From: a virus
IMG/VR virus record: IMGVR_UViG_3300030419_006105
Coordinates: 1-64,000 of that record
Reading direction: 5' to 3' (one strand)
DNA length: 64,000 bases
Each line of letters starts with the position of its first letter. The stretch's first letter is position 1. Below, piece after piece: positions 17,650 through 28,405 of the stretch. The translations under genes were made by a program, and so were the position numbers. The notes below the pieces were generated by a model. It searched no databases. It was not told where the DNA came from and was given only the letters and a program-made list of their open reading frames with translations.

Positions 17650-18417
17650 TTATAATATGTTTGGATCAAAATTATCTCGCTTATATTTTTCTGGTCGGGT
17701 TATAAATTCTTTACTGATAATTTCTTCTCCGTCAATTTGACTTTCAAATATTGTACCTCGAGCTAAAAACGGATGAAAAACATACGCATTATAAAATTGT
17801 CTAGCAAATATTGTTGCTGACATTGTTCCTATAATACCATCAGACGACTTCATAATAGGGAAATATTTGGTAAGCAAGTATTTAGCCGAGTTAACAGTCA
17901 ATGAATAACAAACTGTACCACCATATTCTTTATACCCGGTGTAAAAGTAATCGTTAACTAATTTTCTATGACTGACTAAAGATTGTTCACGTTTACTATC
18001 AAATCCTCTCCATGAATGAAAATGAATTATGTCCCAATCAGATGGAATATCTTCTTTCCAGTCAAGAGCATTTTTACATAAATCTATATCTAACGATACG
18101 TCATCTTCTACTACGAGAAAAGTTTTAACTCCATCCCTTATAGCGTTTCTATACGCTTTTATATGACCATAAGAGCAACAAAGTTCAGTTAAGGATAATG
18201 GATAGGGGCTATTAGGATAATCTCCTTGCATGGCCCAGTTTTCTCGGAGATGTTTAAACCGAGGTTTATTTTTTGCAAAAAGATTCTCTGGGATTAGACT
18301 ACGAACAAATTCATAATTATCAATATTACATTGCTCAAAATGTTTTTTAATATATTCTTTACGCTCAGGATCTTGACCCCACACTACATATATTTTATTG
18401 AACAACGTATCTAGCAT
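17650..18417 (-). CDS. Glycosyltransferase family 25-like
   Basis: ER...., ELCCSYGH, LVVEDD, GTVCY. Confidence 0.8.
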   Translation of the reverse strand: MLDTLFNKIYVVWGQDPERKEYIKKHFEQCNIDNYEFVRSLIPENLFAKNKPRFKHLRENWAMQGDYPNSPYPLSLTELCCSYGHIKAYRNAIRDGVKTFLVVEDDVSLDIDLCKNALDWKEDIPSDWDIIHFHSWRGFDSKREQSLVSHRKLVNDYFYTGYKEYGGTVCYSLTVNSAKYLLTKYFPIMKSSDGIIGTMSATIFARQFYNAYVFHPFLARGTIFESQIDGEEIISKEFITRPEKYKRDNFDPNIL

Positions 18418-19124
18418 TCTTTTAAATTATTATTGTATATGTTTTCATTGTCAATACAATACGGTAAACAATCAGTTTCAATGTGAGTAGTTAAGGATGG
18501 TATAGGAGAGAAGCACTTATCAAAAACATATAATAAATTCTGATAATGATCCCAATACAACGACTCAGTAATAGACGTAAAGATACTATAATGTTTAGTA
18601 AACATATGTTTTGTAAAAGCAAATGTTACTGTAGTACTTTTGACCGATCTCCAGTGCCAATTTTTAGTCACTACTATTTCACTGAACTGATTATATTCTT
18701 TTTTATTTTCATATAGATTTGGATAATCGATCGGGTGACAAAAGTATTGCGGGTATGTTGTTAGAAAGTCTTTTATATTATCTAAACAATTATTATAATG
18801 TAAATAATCATCATCACACATATAAATTAATTCATCCTTATCAGTAACATCGTTGATAATATACAATAAACATTCTTTATTAATACGAACTGCACAACCA
18901 TAATTAAATGACTTTATGTTATAGTTTATTTTATATTTGTTACAAATAGTTTGTATAGTATCTAAAGGATCATCACCATCAAGAAAAAAAATTATTTCAT
19001 CATTTATATCCATCTGTTTTACTACAGATAATAAACAAGCAGATACCATATCTTGTATACTGTTGCATAGTGGTCTACTATTTAGGCGAGATTCATTAAA
19101 ACAAACTTTATATAAAATTTTCAT
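18411..19124 (-). CDS. GT-A fold glycosyltransferase-like protein
   Basis: YMCDDDYLH, DYP, HWR...STT.TF, SPIPSL.TH. Confidence 0.7.
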   Translation of the reverse strand: MKILYKVCFNESRLNSRPLCNSIQDMVSACLLSVVKQMDINDEIIFFLDGDDPLDTIQTICNKYKINYNIKSFNYGCAVRINKECLLYIINDVTDKDELIYMCDDDYLHYNNCLDNIKDFLTTYPQYFCHPIDYPNLYENKKEYNQFSEIVVTKNWHWRSVKSTTVTFAFTKHMFTKHYSIFTSITESLYWDHYQNLLYVFDKCFSPIPSLTTHIETDCLPYCIDNENIYNNNLKEC

Positions 19125-19125
19125 A

Positions 19126-20259
19126 TTATATATTTGTTAACTCGTAAAACAGTTTTTTAGAATTTTGTTGATTTATATGTTTAAAATATTTTCTAACTAA
19201 ATCAGGTTTATGATTTTTTAAATTTTTCTTATAATTTAAAATCTCATCATTTAAGTGATCCTGGTTAACTGTCCACCCTATATGATGTGGGAATCGGAGA
19301 CGATATTTTAAATACCATTGCTTTTCTGATTCTGAATATAAATTATTAATTTGAGAAATTTCACTATATTTACGAGCACCTGGTAGTAACGCTCCTGGTC
19401 CAATATTATCAAATTCACAATCTAAAAACACTACTAAATCTGGATCTATCCATTCTAAGAACATAGGAATTTTTGTAACATATAATAAAGCTCCTACAGA
19501 CATTCCTTCATATACATAATGTCCCCACCCTTCATAATAACTAGGACCTAAATGAATAGAGTGTTTATTTATTTGATTTGTAATTTCTTCATCAGATAAA
19601 AATTTATCTATATATGTAATGTTTGGTTTTTTAGATAATGAACTATAATATCCATTACTCTGTAATATAGTAATAGGTATATTTTCACAATTACCATTAA
19701 ATGATTCAAATACTCTCTCAGTTCCTTTTTGTTGACTCTGACCAGCGACGTGTAAAAATAGATCCTTTGTATCAAGTAAAGATTTTGTTGATACTATATT
19801 TGAAGAACTAGAATCATATCTATCTCGTGAAATAAAACCACAGTTAATTACGTTTTTATTATATGGAGATAATAACTGCTTAGCAAAGGTAGATTTAGTT
19901 ATAATTTTATCAAAATGTCTTAAATCAGAAAAAGTATTTAACTGAGTCCATTCTTCATTAGCTATTAAAATATTTTTTTTATTTCTATCCATCCAATTAA
20001 TATCAAATTCTTGAATGAATATACCGACTTCATAATTAGCAAAAATATTATTAGATTCTCCAGGTGTAGATAACTCTGACCCCATATACACCACATCAAC
20101 GTCGTAATGATCAAATAATAAGTCTTGAATTAATTGTAAATCATGAAGTAGACCTACACCTTGATGAGAAGTATACAAACACGCTTTAGGTCGAACTGCT
20201 TGCACAGGGCCACCGAACACCATACCTGCAGGAGCTTGTAATGAGGAATTCCTCAACAT
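19126..20259 (-). CDS. GT-B (GT4-like) glycosyltransferase
   Basis: FLHVAG.S.QKGT, PSYYEGWGH...EGMSVG. Confidence 0.8.
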   Translation of the reverse strand: MLRNSSLQAPAGMVFGGPVQAVRPKACLYTSHQGVGLLHDLQLIQDLLFDHYDVDVVYMGSELSTPGESNNIFANYEVGIFIQEFDINWMDRNKKNILIANEEWTQLNTFSDLRHFDKIITKSTFAKQLLSPYNKNVINCGFISRDRYDSSSSNIVSTKSLLDTKDLFLHVAGQSQQKGTERVFESFNGNCENIPITILQSNGYYSSLSKKPNITYIDKFLSDEEITNQINKHSIHLGPSYYEGWGHYVYEGMSVGALLYVTKIPMFLEWIDPDLVVFLDCEFDNIGPGALLPGARKYSEISQINNLYSESEKQWYLKYRLRFPHHIGWTVNQDHLNDEILNYKKNLKNHKPDLVRKYFKHINQQNSKKLFYELTNI

Positions 20260-20273
20260 AAATCTTTATATTT

Positions 20274-20642
20274 TTATCGTAAAAGATTTTCTTTATAACC
20301 TAGCATTTGCCATTCTTGTGTATCAGCCTCCCAATACACTACAATACCAATTGGAAGTTCAGCTGTATCAACGAACTCATCATCAACAATACCTTTTTTA
20401 AATTTAGCAGTTTCTACAAGAAATACTTTTTCTTTAAAATAAACAGCGCGCGTTTTTCGCTTATATTTGTTTTCATAAGCTTCCTTGTCTGAGAGTTTTG
20501 TCCAGTCCCAAGTTAACGGATTCCAAAAAAGGGTGAGATTATCTTTTACCTTTGCTTGTAATGTCTTAGTACCAAGAAATTGTATCTCTTGTATTGATTT
20601 TGCAGTTGGCTTATACTCAACACCATTGAAATATATGTCCAT
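20274..20642 (-). CDS. Hypothetical protein
   Basis: 122 aa ORF divergent from the radical SAM gene. Confidence 0.6.
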   Translation of the reverse strand: MDIYFNGVEYKPTAKSIQEIQFLGTKTLQAKVKDNLTLFWNPLTWDWTKLSDKEAYENKYKRKTRAVYFKEKVFLVETAKFKKGIVDDEFVDTAELPIGIVVYWEADTQEWQMLGYKENLLR

Positions 20643-20660
20643 ATCTATAATTAGTTATAC

Positions 20661-21719
20661 ATGTCTGATGATCTTTCAACTAGGTTTTGCGAACACCCAT
20701 GGACTTTTCTAGAAATACAAGAAAAGGGGTTATATAATTGTTGTCCTAGATGGGTAAATCATAATCGCATAGGAGATTTAACTCCAACTTTAGATTTTTA
20801 CGATGAATGGAATAGTAAAAGAAGTAAAGCATTCCGTAGAAGTATTCTTGATGGTTCATTTAGCTTATGTAATTCAGAAGAATGCCCAAAAATACAAAAT
20901 GGTACACTACCAAAAAGAGATGATGTACTAGCTGGTAAATATGGAGATGAATTAAAATTTATTTTAGAGTTTGAGATGGATGTAGCACAACCTCCAAACA
21001 CTATAAACTTATGCTATGATAAATCTTGTAACTTAAGATGTCCAAGTTGTAGAAAAAATCTAATACAATACGGTGAAAAATCAGAACCAAATAGATATAA
21101 GCAAGCGTTAATGATTAACAAACGGTTACTAAGAATGATACATAGTAAACCACACAAAGTTAATTTAAATATAACTGGGTCTGGTGATCCATTTGGTTCT
21201 CCATCTTTCTATGAGTTAATGAAAAGAATTGACTTAAAGAAAAACCCGGAAATAAGCTTATGTCTACAAACTAACGGAGTTTTATTCGATGAAAAAAGAT
21301 GGTCTAAATTAAAAAATTTACATAAACGTACGGATCATATTAGTACTATTATTAGTTTAGATGCTGGAATTAAGGATCACTATGATAAAGTAAGAGTCGG
21401 TGGTGATTGGGAAAAATTAATGAAAAATCTTACGTTTATACGCACATTAAATTTAAAAGAGGTCAGATTAGATATGTGTGTACAAAATAACAACTATAAA
21501 AGTATACCAGAGTTTATTCAAATTGCTCAAGCGCATGATTTTTATTCTTATACTTCAAGAATATATAATTGGGGCACATTTACAGATAAAGAATATAATT
21601 ATCATAACATTTTTGACTCAAAACACCCGGATCATGTTAAGTTTTTAAAAATACTAAACCAAGACTATCACTGGCATAAACACGACTGGGGTAATCTAAC
21701 AGATTTTATAACAGATTAA
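20661..21719 (+). CDS. Radical SAM protein with an N-terminal SPASM/twitch-like Cys domain
   Basis: CNLRCPSC; FCEHPW...CC; GSGDPF; TNG; ISLDA. Confidence 0.88.
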   Translation: MSDDLSTRFCEHPWTFLEIQEKGLYNCCPRWVNHNRIGDLTPTLDFYDEWNSKRSKAFRRSILDGSFSLCNSEECPKIQNGTLPKRDDVLAGKYGDELKFILEFEMDVAQPPNTINLCYDKSCNLRCPSCRKNLIQYGEKSEPNRYKQALMINKRLLRMIHSKPHKVNLNITGSGDPFGSPSFYELMKRIDLKKNPEISLCLQTNGVLFDEKRWSKLKNLHKRTDHISTIISLDAGIKDHYDKVRVGGDWEKLMKNLTFIRTLNLKEVRLDMCVQNNNYKSIPEFIQIAQAHDFYSYTSRIYNWGTFTDKEYNYHNIFDSKHPDHVKFLKILNQDYHWHKHDWGNLTDFITD

Positions 21720-22825
21720 TGAAATTAGCAGTATTATTATATGGGCAACCTAGATTTTGGGATATAAGTCACGAAAGTATTATACAGGAAACGACTTTTG
21801 ATAACTGTACTACTGATTACTATTTTCATTTTTGGGACAAAATATCATATCATAGTAATGATCCAGAATATCAATTAACACAAGAAGATAAAGATAATAT
21901 AATTGCTACATATAAACCAAAAAAACATTTATTTACTGATTATAAACCATTAGAAAAAGCATGTGAAGAAGTTTATAAAGTAATAGAGCAATGTAAAAAT
22001 AAATTAAACTACTTTTATGATAGTTCTGGTAAAATGGAAAAGTTGAGTTTAAGTAAAAGTATTTTTGAAACATGCGCGCCAGAGCATTTAACATACTATC
22101 TAGGACAATTTGTATCATTAGAACTAGGAGCAAAGCTAATAAATGAAGAATATGATTATATTTTTAGAATTAGAACAGACTTATTATTTGTCACTCCTGA
22201 TTTATATGAGGATAAAACCTTTTATAAAAAAGATAAACGATTATTTTACCATAGATTAGAAAAAAGAGAAAAAGGTATTTTTTGTAAATACGGAGATTTA
22301 CAAATATGGGAAGGTGCAAAAGATGTATCTGGTAACCACACTGATCATCAACCTCAAAAAAGAACAACATACGAAGAATTGTCTTTTTTAGACAATAAAA
22401 TGTATGCTAAAAAACGTAATAGCGGAGAATGTGATATCTATAACCCTAAAACTCAATACCTACACATGAAGGACTGGTATATTATTGGTAGTGGAGATGA
22501 AATGTTGTGGTGTATAAAACAATATGTAACAACTATTATGATTATGATTGAAAAATCAGCAAAATTCCTTAAAAAAGATGGAATAGATATTAACTGGTCG
22601 GCTGGAGAAATTGTTTGTGGGGAAGTATTAGGTTTAAATGGTATACATGCAGGAGAATTAGCTCATGAATATATCAATAAAATGATTATACCTAACAGAA
22701 TATTAAAAATTGCAAATAAACACACAAAAGAGTGTATATTAGATAGACCTCATATAAGGGTATTAGCAGATAGTAATGTTTCTATTAAAAAACAATATTT
22801 AGATCTTATAGCAAATAAAAAATGA
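21719..22825 (+). CDS. Putative glycosyltransferase-like protein (hAhhhxGQxR family), paralog 1
   Basis: MKLAVLLYGQPRF, YFHFWD, YDYIFRIRTD. Confidence 0.6.
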   Translation: MKLAVLLYGQPRFWDISHESIIQETTFDNCTTDYYFHFWDKISYHSNDPEYQLTQEDKDNIIATYKPKKHLFTDYKPLEKACEEVYKVIEQCKNKLNYFYDSSGKMEKLSLSKSIFETCAPEHLTYYLGQFVSLELGAKLINEEYDYIFRIRTDLLFVTPDLYEDKTFYKKDKRLFYHRLEKREKGIFCKYGDLQIWEGAKDVSGNHTDHQPQKRTTYEELSFLDNKMYAKKRNSGECDIYNPKTQYLHMKDWYIIGSGDEMLWCIKQYVTTIMIMIEKSAKFLKKDGIDINWSAGEIVCGEVLGLNGIHAGELAHEYINKMIIPNRILKIANKHTKECILDRPHIRVLADSNVSIKKQYLDLIANKK

Positions 22826-23700
22826 TTGTATCATTAACTACAATACCTAAACGGATAAAACATATACACTTAGTTATACAATCATTAAAAAGGCAAACAA
22901 AAAAACCGACTAAAATTCTACTATGGATACCGCATTTATTTAAAAATAAAGAAGAATATATAATACCAGAATTTTTAAAAAATGAAAAACTCGTAGAGAT
23001 TATAAGATGTGATGATCTAGGGCCTGCGACAAAATTTATACACACTATAAAATATCTAAAAAAGAATAAAGACTTTATAGTAGTAGATGACGATACAATA
23101 TATAGTCAATATCTAATTGAAGATTTAACAGCTTTACCTAATTTGTATGGTGCTAAATGTATAAAGGGAACTGCATTTGATGAATGGAATCAAAAATCTA
23201 TTAAATCAAGAGATCCTGATTATATAAATAGACAACGAAAATCAATTAGAGTAACTACTGTACCTAATAAATTTAAAAATAGAGAAAAATTAGATAATTA
23301 CAACTGTATTAATATTCGAAAAGTACCGATAATTTGTGGATGTGATGGGATGTTGCTAAATACCTCCTTTTTTAATAATGATATTTATAACGTACAAGAG
23401 CGTTTTTTTCATTGCGATGATATATGGTTGTCAGGTTATTTAGCTGCAAATAATATAGATAAGTATGTTGTTCCATGCAGAGAGATACAGTATGATAAAT
23501 CTACAAATAAATGGAAAGATATACCAGACGATTGCGCGGGAGGTGCTATTCAATTTTACTTAAATACAAACAAAACAACAATATTTAAAGAGGGACAAAT
23601 GCCTCATACCCGGTACCTAAGTGATTACGGAAAAATTGACGGTGGTAAATATGAGACAATAAAAAACTATAAAACAGCAATTAATTATTTTAAAAAATGA
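22822..23700 (+). CDS. GT-A glycosyltransferase
   Basis: IVSLTTIPKRI, DLGPATK, VDDD..Y, DDIWLSG. Confidence 0.8.
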   Translation: MIVSLTTIPKRIKHIHLVIQSLKRQTKKPTKILLWIPHLFKNKEEYIIPEFLKNEKLVEIIRCDDLGPATKFIHTIKYLKKNKDFIVVDDDTIYSQYLIEDLTALPNLYGAKCIKGTAFDEWNQKSIKSRDPDYINRQRKSIRVTTVPNKFKNREKLDNYNCINIRKVPIICGCDGMLLNTSFFNNDIYNVQERFFHCDDIWLSGYLAANNIDKYVVPCREIQYDKSTNKWKDIPDDCAGGAIQFYLNTNKTTIFKEGQMPHTRYLSDYGKIDGGKYETIKNYKTAINYFKK

Positions 23701-24773
23701 ATAAACCTAAAGTAGCAGTTTTATTATTTGGTCAAGCGAGATACATCGATGTTAATTATCAAGCTTTAAAAAAAGAATTTGCTTTTGATGATGGTACTCC
23801 ATTTGATATATTTGCTCATTTTTGGGAGGATACTGGATTCTCTCCTAAAGGTGAAAAAGAAGGTATTCTAGTTAATTATAACGACAAAATCCGTAAAGCA
23901 TCTGAACACTTAAACATAAAAAAATTATCAATAGATAACAATGACCAGTTAGATGAATATGTATTACACATAGAAAATATAATACGAATACTAAATAAAC
24001 AAATTTTTAATGGTACGAAGAATCCAGAAAAAAGATATAAATGGGGACAGCATTTAAGTTTATTAAAAGCATATAATTTACTAAAAAGATATGAAGACAA
24101 ATTAAATCTAGGACCACCAGATACAAACGGAGATCCACAAAGATACGATATTGTTATTAAAGGGAGAACAGACTTTACATATAAAACTATTGAATGCTTT
24201 AAAAATGAACAAGAATACTACAAGGCAAAAAACGATAATTATATTAATTTTGAATTTTTTGATGAACCTATGATAAAAACAAGTGGTGTTCAATTTCAAC
24301 AGTACAATAGACCACTTGATAAATGGGATAATAACCCGAACATAAAAATTAAAAAAGGAGAATATGTAGATTTTGATACATTAAATTGGAAGCGTGATAA
24401 AAATAATATATTTCGTATTGCAGATATAAGTTTAGCAGCAAATAGAAAAGCAGCAAAACATTTTTTTGCAGAATATCTTAATGTATACTTAGAAACATTT
24501 TTAAATGACTACTTTAATAGAGACAATAAAACATATGACAGACATGATGCTGTACAAGGAGATGTAACATACTATAATAATATTAAAGTATATAAAACTA
24601 AGTGTAGATTTTTTAGATTAGCAAGAGATTGGGACTGTAAATTATGTTGGAGAAATACATCAAAAAACGGTACTGTAGTCTTTCCTTCTTCTGAACAAGA
24701 AACATATGAGTTTATATTATCGGAAGTTAAAAGAATAAGTAGTACCGGAAAGGAACCAGCACCATTTGGTTAA
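23697..24773 (+). CDS. Putative glycosyltransferase-like protein (hAhhhxGQxR family), paralog 2
   Basis: VAVLLFGQAR, FAHFWE, YDIVIKGRTD. Confidence 0.6.
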   Translation: MNKPKVAVLLFGQARYIDVNYQALKKEFAFDDGTPFDIFAHFWEDTGFSPKGEKEGILVNYNDKIRKASEHLNIKKLSIDNNDQLDEYVLHIENIIRILNKQIFNGTKNPEKRYKWGQHLSLLKAYNLLKRYEDKLNLGPPDTNGDPQRYDIVIKGRTDFTYKTIECFKNEQEYYKAKNDNYINFEFFDEPMIKTSGVQFQQYNRPLDKWDNNPNIKIKKGEYVDFDTLNWKRDKNNIFRIADISLAANRKAAKHFFAEYLNVYLETFLNDYFNRDNKTYDRHDAVQGDVTYYNNIKVYKTKCRFFRLARDWDCKLCWRNTSKNGTVVFPSSEQETYEFILSEVKRISSTGKEPAPFG

Positions 24774-25840
24774 AGTTGTGGCATTTTAAAAGCTCGTGCA
24801 TGACCACGTTTTTTATCTGTACTCCATCTTTTAACTAAATCATATTTTAATTTATTTGTTCTAGTATGATAAGGGGTAACTAAAATTTTTCCATCTACAT
24901 CTACATCTTCTTTAATTTCTTTCTTATTAAGAAGTCTAACATCTCGTCTTTTTTTCATACACACCGCTTGTATGTCGTTATTCAATAAAATTTGTCCTTG
25001 CATACTATGTTCAGAATTAGTTATACATTTTTTCATCTTATTTTTATTTTGTAAAAGATCTTTAGCTAAAGAATAATGAAAATTTTCAAACCATCTACCG
25101 AAATATACATCTGCAGCTTCTCTAGAAGCAATTAATGTCCAATCATTATGACATAATCTTACATAATATTCTTCTATATAAGATTCCCACCAGTCTTTAT
25201 CTTCAAATTCTCTATATTTTTTATTATGAAATGAATAAATTGTTTTGGTATACACCTCTTTAGTACTATCAAAAGCTTTTTTTGTTAAATTTAAAAATCT
25301 TAACGCCGTACATTTTACAAAATTAGTATATAAATTATTATTATTAAAATAATAATCATATTTTACCTTATTATACTCTTCTTCAGTTTCATAACACTCA
25401 GGTATTCTATAAATTATATCAGATCTAGTTTTTACTACTAAATCATATTTTATATTATTACGTTTCTCATAATCTCTAATTAAATTATAAGCTGTCTTAA
25501 TGCTAAAATGTTGACCGAAGGTATATCTTAAATTTTCTCTACTATTTTGTAATGGATTATCTCTACATATTATATTATCATAGAAATCTTTTATACCATC
25601 ACACATTTTATCTAATTTTTCGTAATTAGTAATTTTTACGTTTTTAAACTCTTCCTTTAATATACCACGTACGTTGGCATCCATCGGTTCCTCAATACCC
25701 ATAGGAGTATAACCAGTATTATTCCAAAAATGGATAAAATAATCCACTTCTACACCATTAAATGTAAATTCTTGTTTTATTAATGGCCAAGTAATATCAA
25801 AAAACCTACTTTGACCGAATATTATTACTGCTAATTTCAT
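24770..25840 (-). CDS. Putative glycosyltransferase-like protein (hAhhhxGQxR family), paralog 3
   Basis: MKLAVIIFGQSRF, FIHFWN, YDLVVKTRSD. Confidence 0.6.
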   Translation of the reverse strand: MKLAVIIFGQSRFFDITWPLIKQEFTFNGVEVDYFIHFWNNTGYTPMGIEEPMDANVRGILKEEFKNVKITNYEKLDKMCDGIKDFYDNIICRDNPLQNSRENLRYTFGQHFSIKTAYNLIRDYEKRNNIKYDLVVKTRSDIIYRIPECYETEEEYNKVKYDYYFNNNNLYTNFVKCTALRFLNLTKKAFDSTKEVYTKTIYSFHNKKYREFEDKDWWESYIEEYYVRLCHNDWTLIASREAADVYFGRWFENFHYSLAKDLLQNKNKMKKCITNSEHSMQGQILLNNDIQAVCMKKRRDVRLLNKKEIKEDVDVDGKILVTPYHTRTNKLKYDLVKRWSTDKKRGHARAFKMPQL

Positions 25841-26709
25841 TGATAATTAGTTCTATTAGATTTCATTTGTTTAAGTTTATAGCCAAAACCTCCAATCGGA
25901 GCTCCTAGTTCAGTTTTTTTATTTTTACTAAGAATTAAAGGAACAGCGTTGTGAGAGCTTCTAAAAACTATTATATTTTTGTTTGGTGATGGTTTCTCTT
26001 TCACATAAATTAAAATATTACACAATCGAGTTACAAAATCTTCTAATAAATCTGTATTAATTATAGCTGAAGATGAAACAAAAAAACAATATTCGGTAAA
26101 TGGTGATTTTTCTCCTAAAACATTACGTACTGAAATTGATGGAAATTGTACATAACGAGATAGCTTATTTTTATTTATAATAGTTTCTATTGATTTATAA
26201 TTAATATTATAAAATTCGACATCTGATCTAGATCTAATAATTATATCATAGTGTATGTCGTTTTTATCAGAATAATCGGTCATTAATTTAAGAGATTTAT
26301 ACATGCTAATAAGTTGAGAATATGGTGGGTAGTTAGTTGTTTTAACTAACTGAGTAAATATATCCTTATTATTAACTTTGATATCTTTAAATTCAGCGTT
26401 TTGTTCTATTTTTAATTTTGAAATATGATCCCACGCATAGTCTATATATTCATCTAAACAATCTTTATTTTCACATACCCCTATAGTTGGTTTAAATTCT
26501 AATTCTAAGTCATGTTTATTAATTTTTTCGAGTACTGGTTTATCTATTATATCAGATTGTCGTTTAGTTATATTATCCCAAAAATGATAGAATATATCTA
26601 CATTACATTCATTGTTTATATCATTTTTTATAAAATTATGAATACTATTCGCTGCACGTTCTCGATATCTCGGTTCACCACTTAAACATATTGCTATATT
26701 AATACTCAT
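25837..26709 (-). CDS. Putative glycosyltransferase-like protein (hAhhhxGQxR family), paralog 4
   Basis: IAICLSGEPR, FYHFWD, YDIIIRSRSD. Confidence 0.6.
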   Translation of the reverse strand: MSINIAICLSGEPRYRERAANSIHNFIKNDINNECNVDIFYHFWDNITKRQSDIIDKPVLEKINKHDLELEFKPTIGVCENKDCLDEYIDYAWDHISKLKIEQNAEFKDIKVNNKDIFTQLVKTTNYPPYSQLISMYKSLKLMTDYSDKNDIHYDIIIRSRSDVEFYNINYKSIETIINKNKLSRYVQFPSISVRNVLGEKSPFTEYCFFVSSSAIINTDLLEDFVTRLCNILIYVKEKPSPNKNIIVFRSSHNAVPLILSKNKKTELGAPIGGFGYKLKQMKSNRTNYQ

Positions 26710-26720
26710 TTAAAAAAAAT

Positions 26721-27572
26721 TCATTGCTTATTATAGTCATTAAACTTTTTTACACTTATAATGTCATATTTATCACTCACTGTATCAACAAAATTATTTA
26801 CCTTAGTTTGCTGAAAATGTTGTATTGCGGTAAATAGATCTTTAATATTTTGCGATCTTTCAGATTTTAAATTATCATATATTTCTCTACAATTAACTGT
26901 ACGACCAACATATACTAAATCCTCATAGGTTTTATCTTTAGACTGTTCAATCTCTTTTAACAATATATTATATTTTTTAATATCTATATTTTTAAGATTA
27001 CTCTTATAACTATAAACTCTTTTAACATCAGGATTAACATGCTGTGTTAATATATTAACAAATACGTGCCGATTAATTTTTTTAGCAACATTATTTAACC
27101 ATTTATCTGCCATGCCTGAGACAAAATAAGGAGGTGTTACATAACCAATAACGTCTACCCAGGCTCTATGTAAGAATGGATGAGTAGCGAAACATGTAGG
27201 GTTATGTCCATCATGACCATACACTAAAGCAATCTTATCTTCAATTTGGTTATAGGCATTTAATACTATTTTATCCCAATCTCGAGTTCTTACTATTAAA
27301 TCATCACTACCTAAAAACAGAATATCCCCTTCAGCTAGTTTATAGCATTCGTTGATTGTTTGACTTAAGATAATACGATCACCAAAAACATACTTTATAT
27401 TATATTTTTCTTTTAATTCCTCAGCACGATCTTTAGATGGTAAATCATCGTTATCTATATAAAAAATAACTTCTATAGAACTAGGATCACTAGCAGTATC
27501 AAAAACACTATGTACATATCTAGTCATATTATCAGGTCTACCACGTGTTGGTACTAAAGAAGAAAATTTCAT
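26721..27572 (-). CDS. GT2-like glycosyltransferase
   Basis: LVPTRGRP, YIDNDD, GSDD, THPFLHR; tandem paralog of the next ORF. Confidence 0.8.
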   Translation of the reverse strand: MKFSSLVPTRGRPDNMTRYVHSVFDTASDPSSIEVIFYIDNDDLPSKDRAEELKEKYNIKYVFGDRIILSQTINECYKLAEGDILFLGSDDLIVRTRDWDKIVLNAYNQIEDKIALVYGHDGHNPTCFATHPFLHRAWVDVIGYVTPPYFVSGMADKWLNNVAKKINRHVFVNILTQHVNPDVKRVYSYKSNLKNIDIKKYNILLKEIEQSKDKTYEDLVYVGRTVNCREIYDNLKSERSQNIKDLFTAIQHFQQTKVNNFVDTVSDKYDIISVKKFNDYNKQ

Positions 27573-28405
27573 TTATTAAAATATTTCTGTTGTACCTCAA
27601 TTGGGTATTCTTTTTTAGTTTTTTCGGCAAAATGAAGTAACTTATATAATTGAAACTTATGTATAGCGTCTTTTAATTTATTAATATCATTTTTTCTTTC
27701 TTGACCTAAAGAGTCGTATAACCGTTTAGGGTTATTTTCTTTATCATGATATAGTAAACTTAAATCATGGGTAGTTTTATCATGTTTCCTTTTAGTAAAT
27801 TCTTGAGTTTTGTTATGTCTATACGATACATGTTGATGAAATACCGGTACAAAAAAACGTCTTTGAATTTTTTCCGTAATTGCGTTTATCCATTTATCAG
27901 TAACAACACTAAATTGATTATTACACCATGTTTGCTTGTTATTACCTGTACCAAAATATTGTGGGGTAACATAACCTAAAACCTCTAACCATCTTCTATG
28001 TAAAAAAGGATGTGTAGCAACTAATTTATCCCTATGAAAACCATCAAGACCATAAATTAAACAAATTTTATCTTCTACTTTATTAAATGCATCTATAATA
28101 ATATCATCCCAGCCCTTAGTTAACATTATTATGTCGTCACTACCACAGAAAAATATATCACCTTCAGATAATTTATGACAATCATTTATTGCTTTACTTA
28201 AAGGTACCCTATTTTCAAAGAGATATTTTATATTATATCTTTCTTTTAATTTATCTGCACATTCTTTAGAGGGTAAATCATCATTATCTATATAAAATAT
28301 TATTTCTACATCATTAGAGTTATTCGCAGTATTAAAAATTGTTTCTGCAAATTCAGTCATACCGACTACTCTACCACGAGTAGGTACTAAACAAGAAATC
28401 TTCAT
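27569..28405 (-). CDS. GT2-like glycosyltransferase
   Basis: LVPTRGR, YIDNDD, GSDD, THPFLHR. Confidence 0.8.
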   Translation of the reverse strand: MKISCLVPTRGRVVGMTEFAETIFNTANNSNDVEIIFYIDNDDLPSKECADKLKERYNIKYLFENRVPLSKAINDCHKLSEGDIFFCGSDDIIMLTKGWDDIIIDAFNKVEDKICLIYGLDGFHRDKLVATHPFLHRRWLEVLGYVTPQYFGTGNNKQTWCNNQFSVVTDKWINAITEKIQRRFFVPVFHQHVSYRHNKTQEFTKRKHDKTTHDLSLLYHDKENNPKRLYDSLGQERKNDINKLKDAIHKFQLYKLLHFAEKTKKEYPIEVQQKYFNK

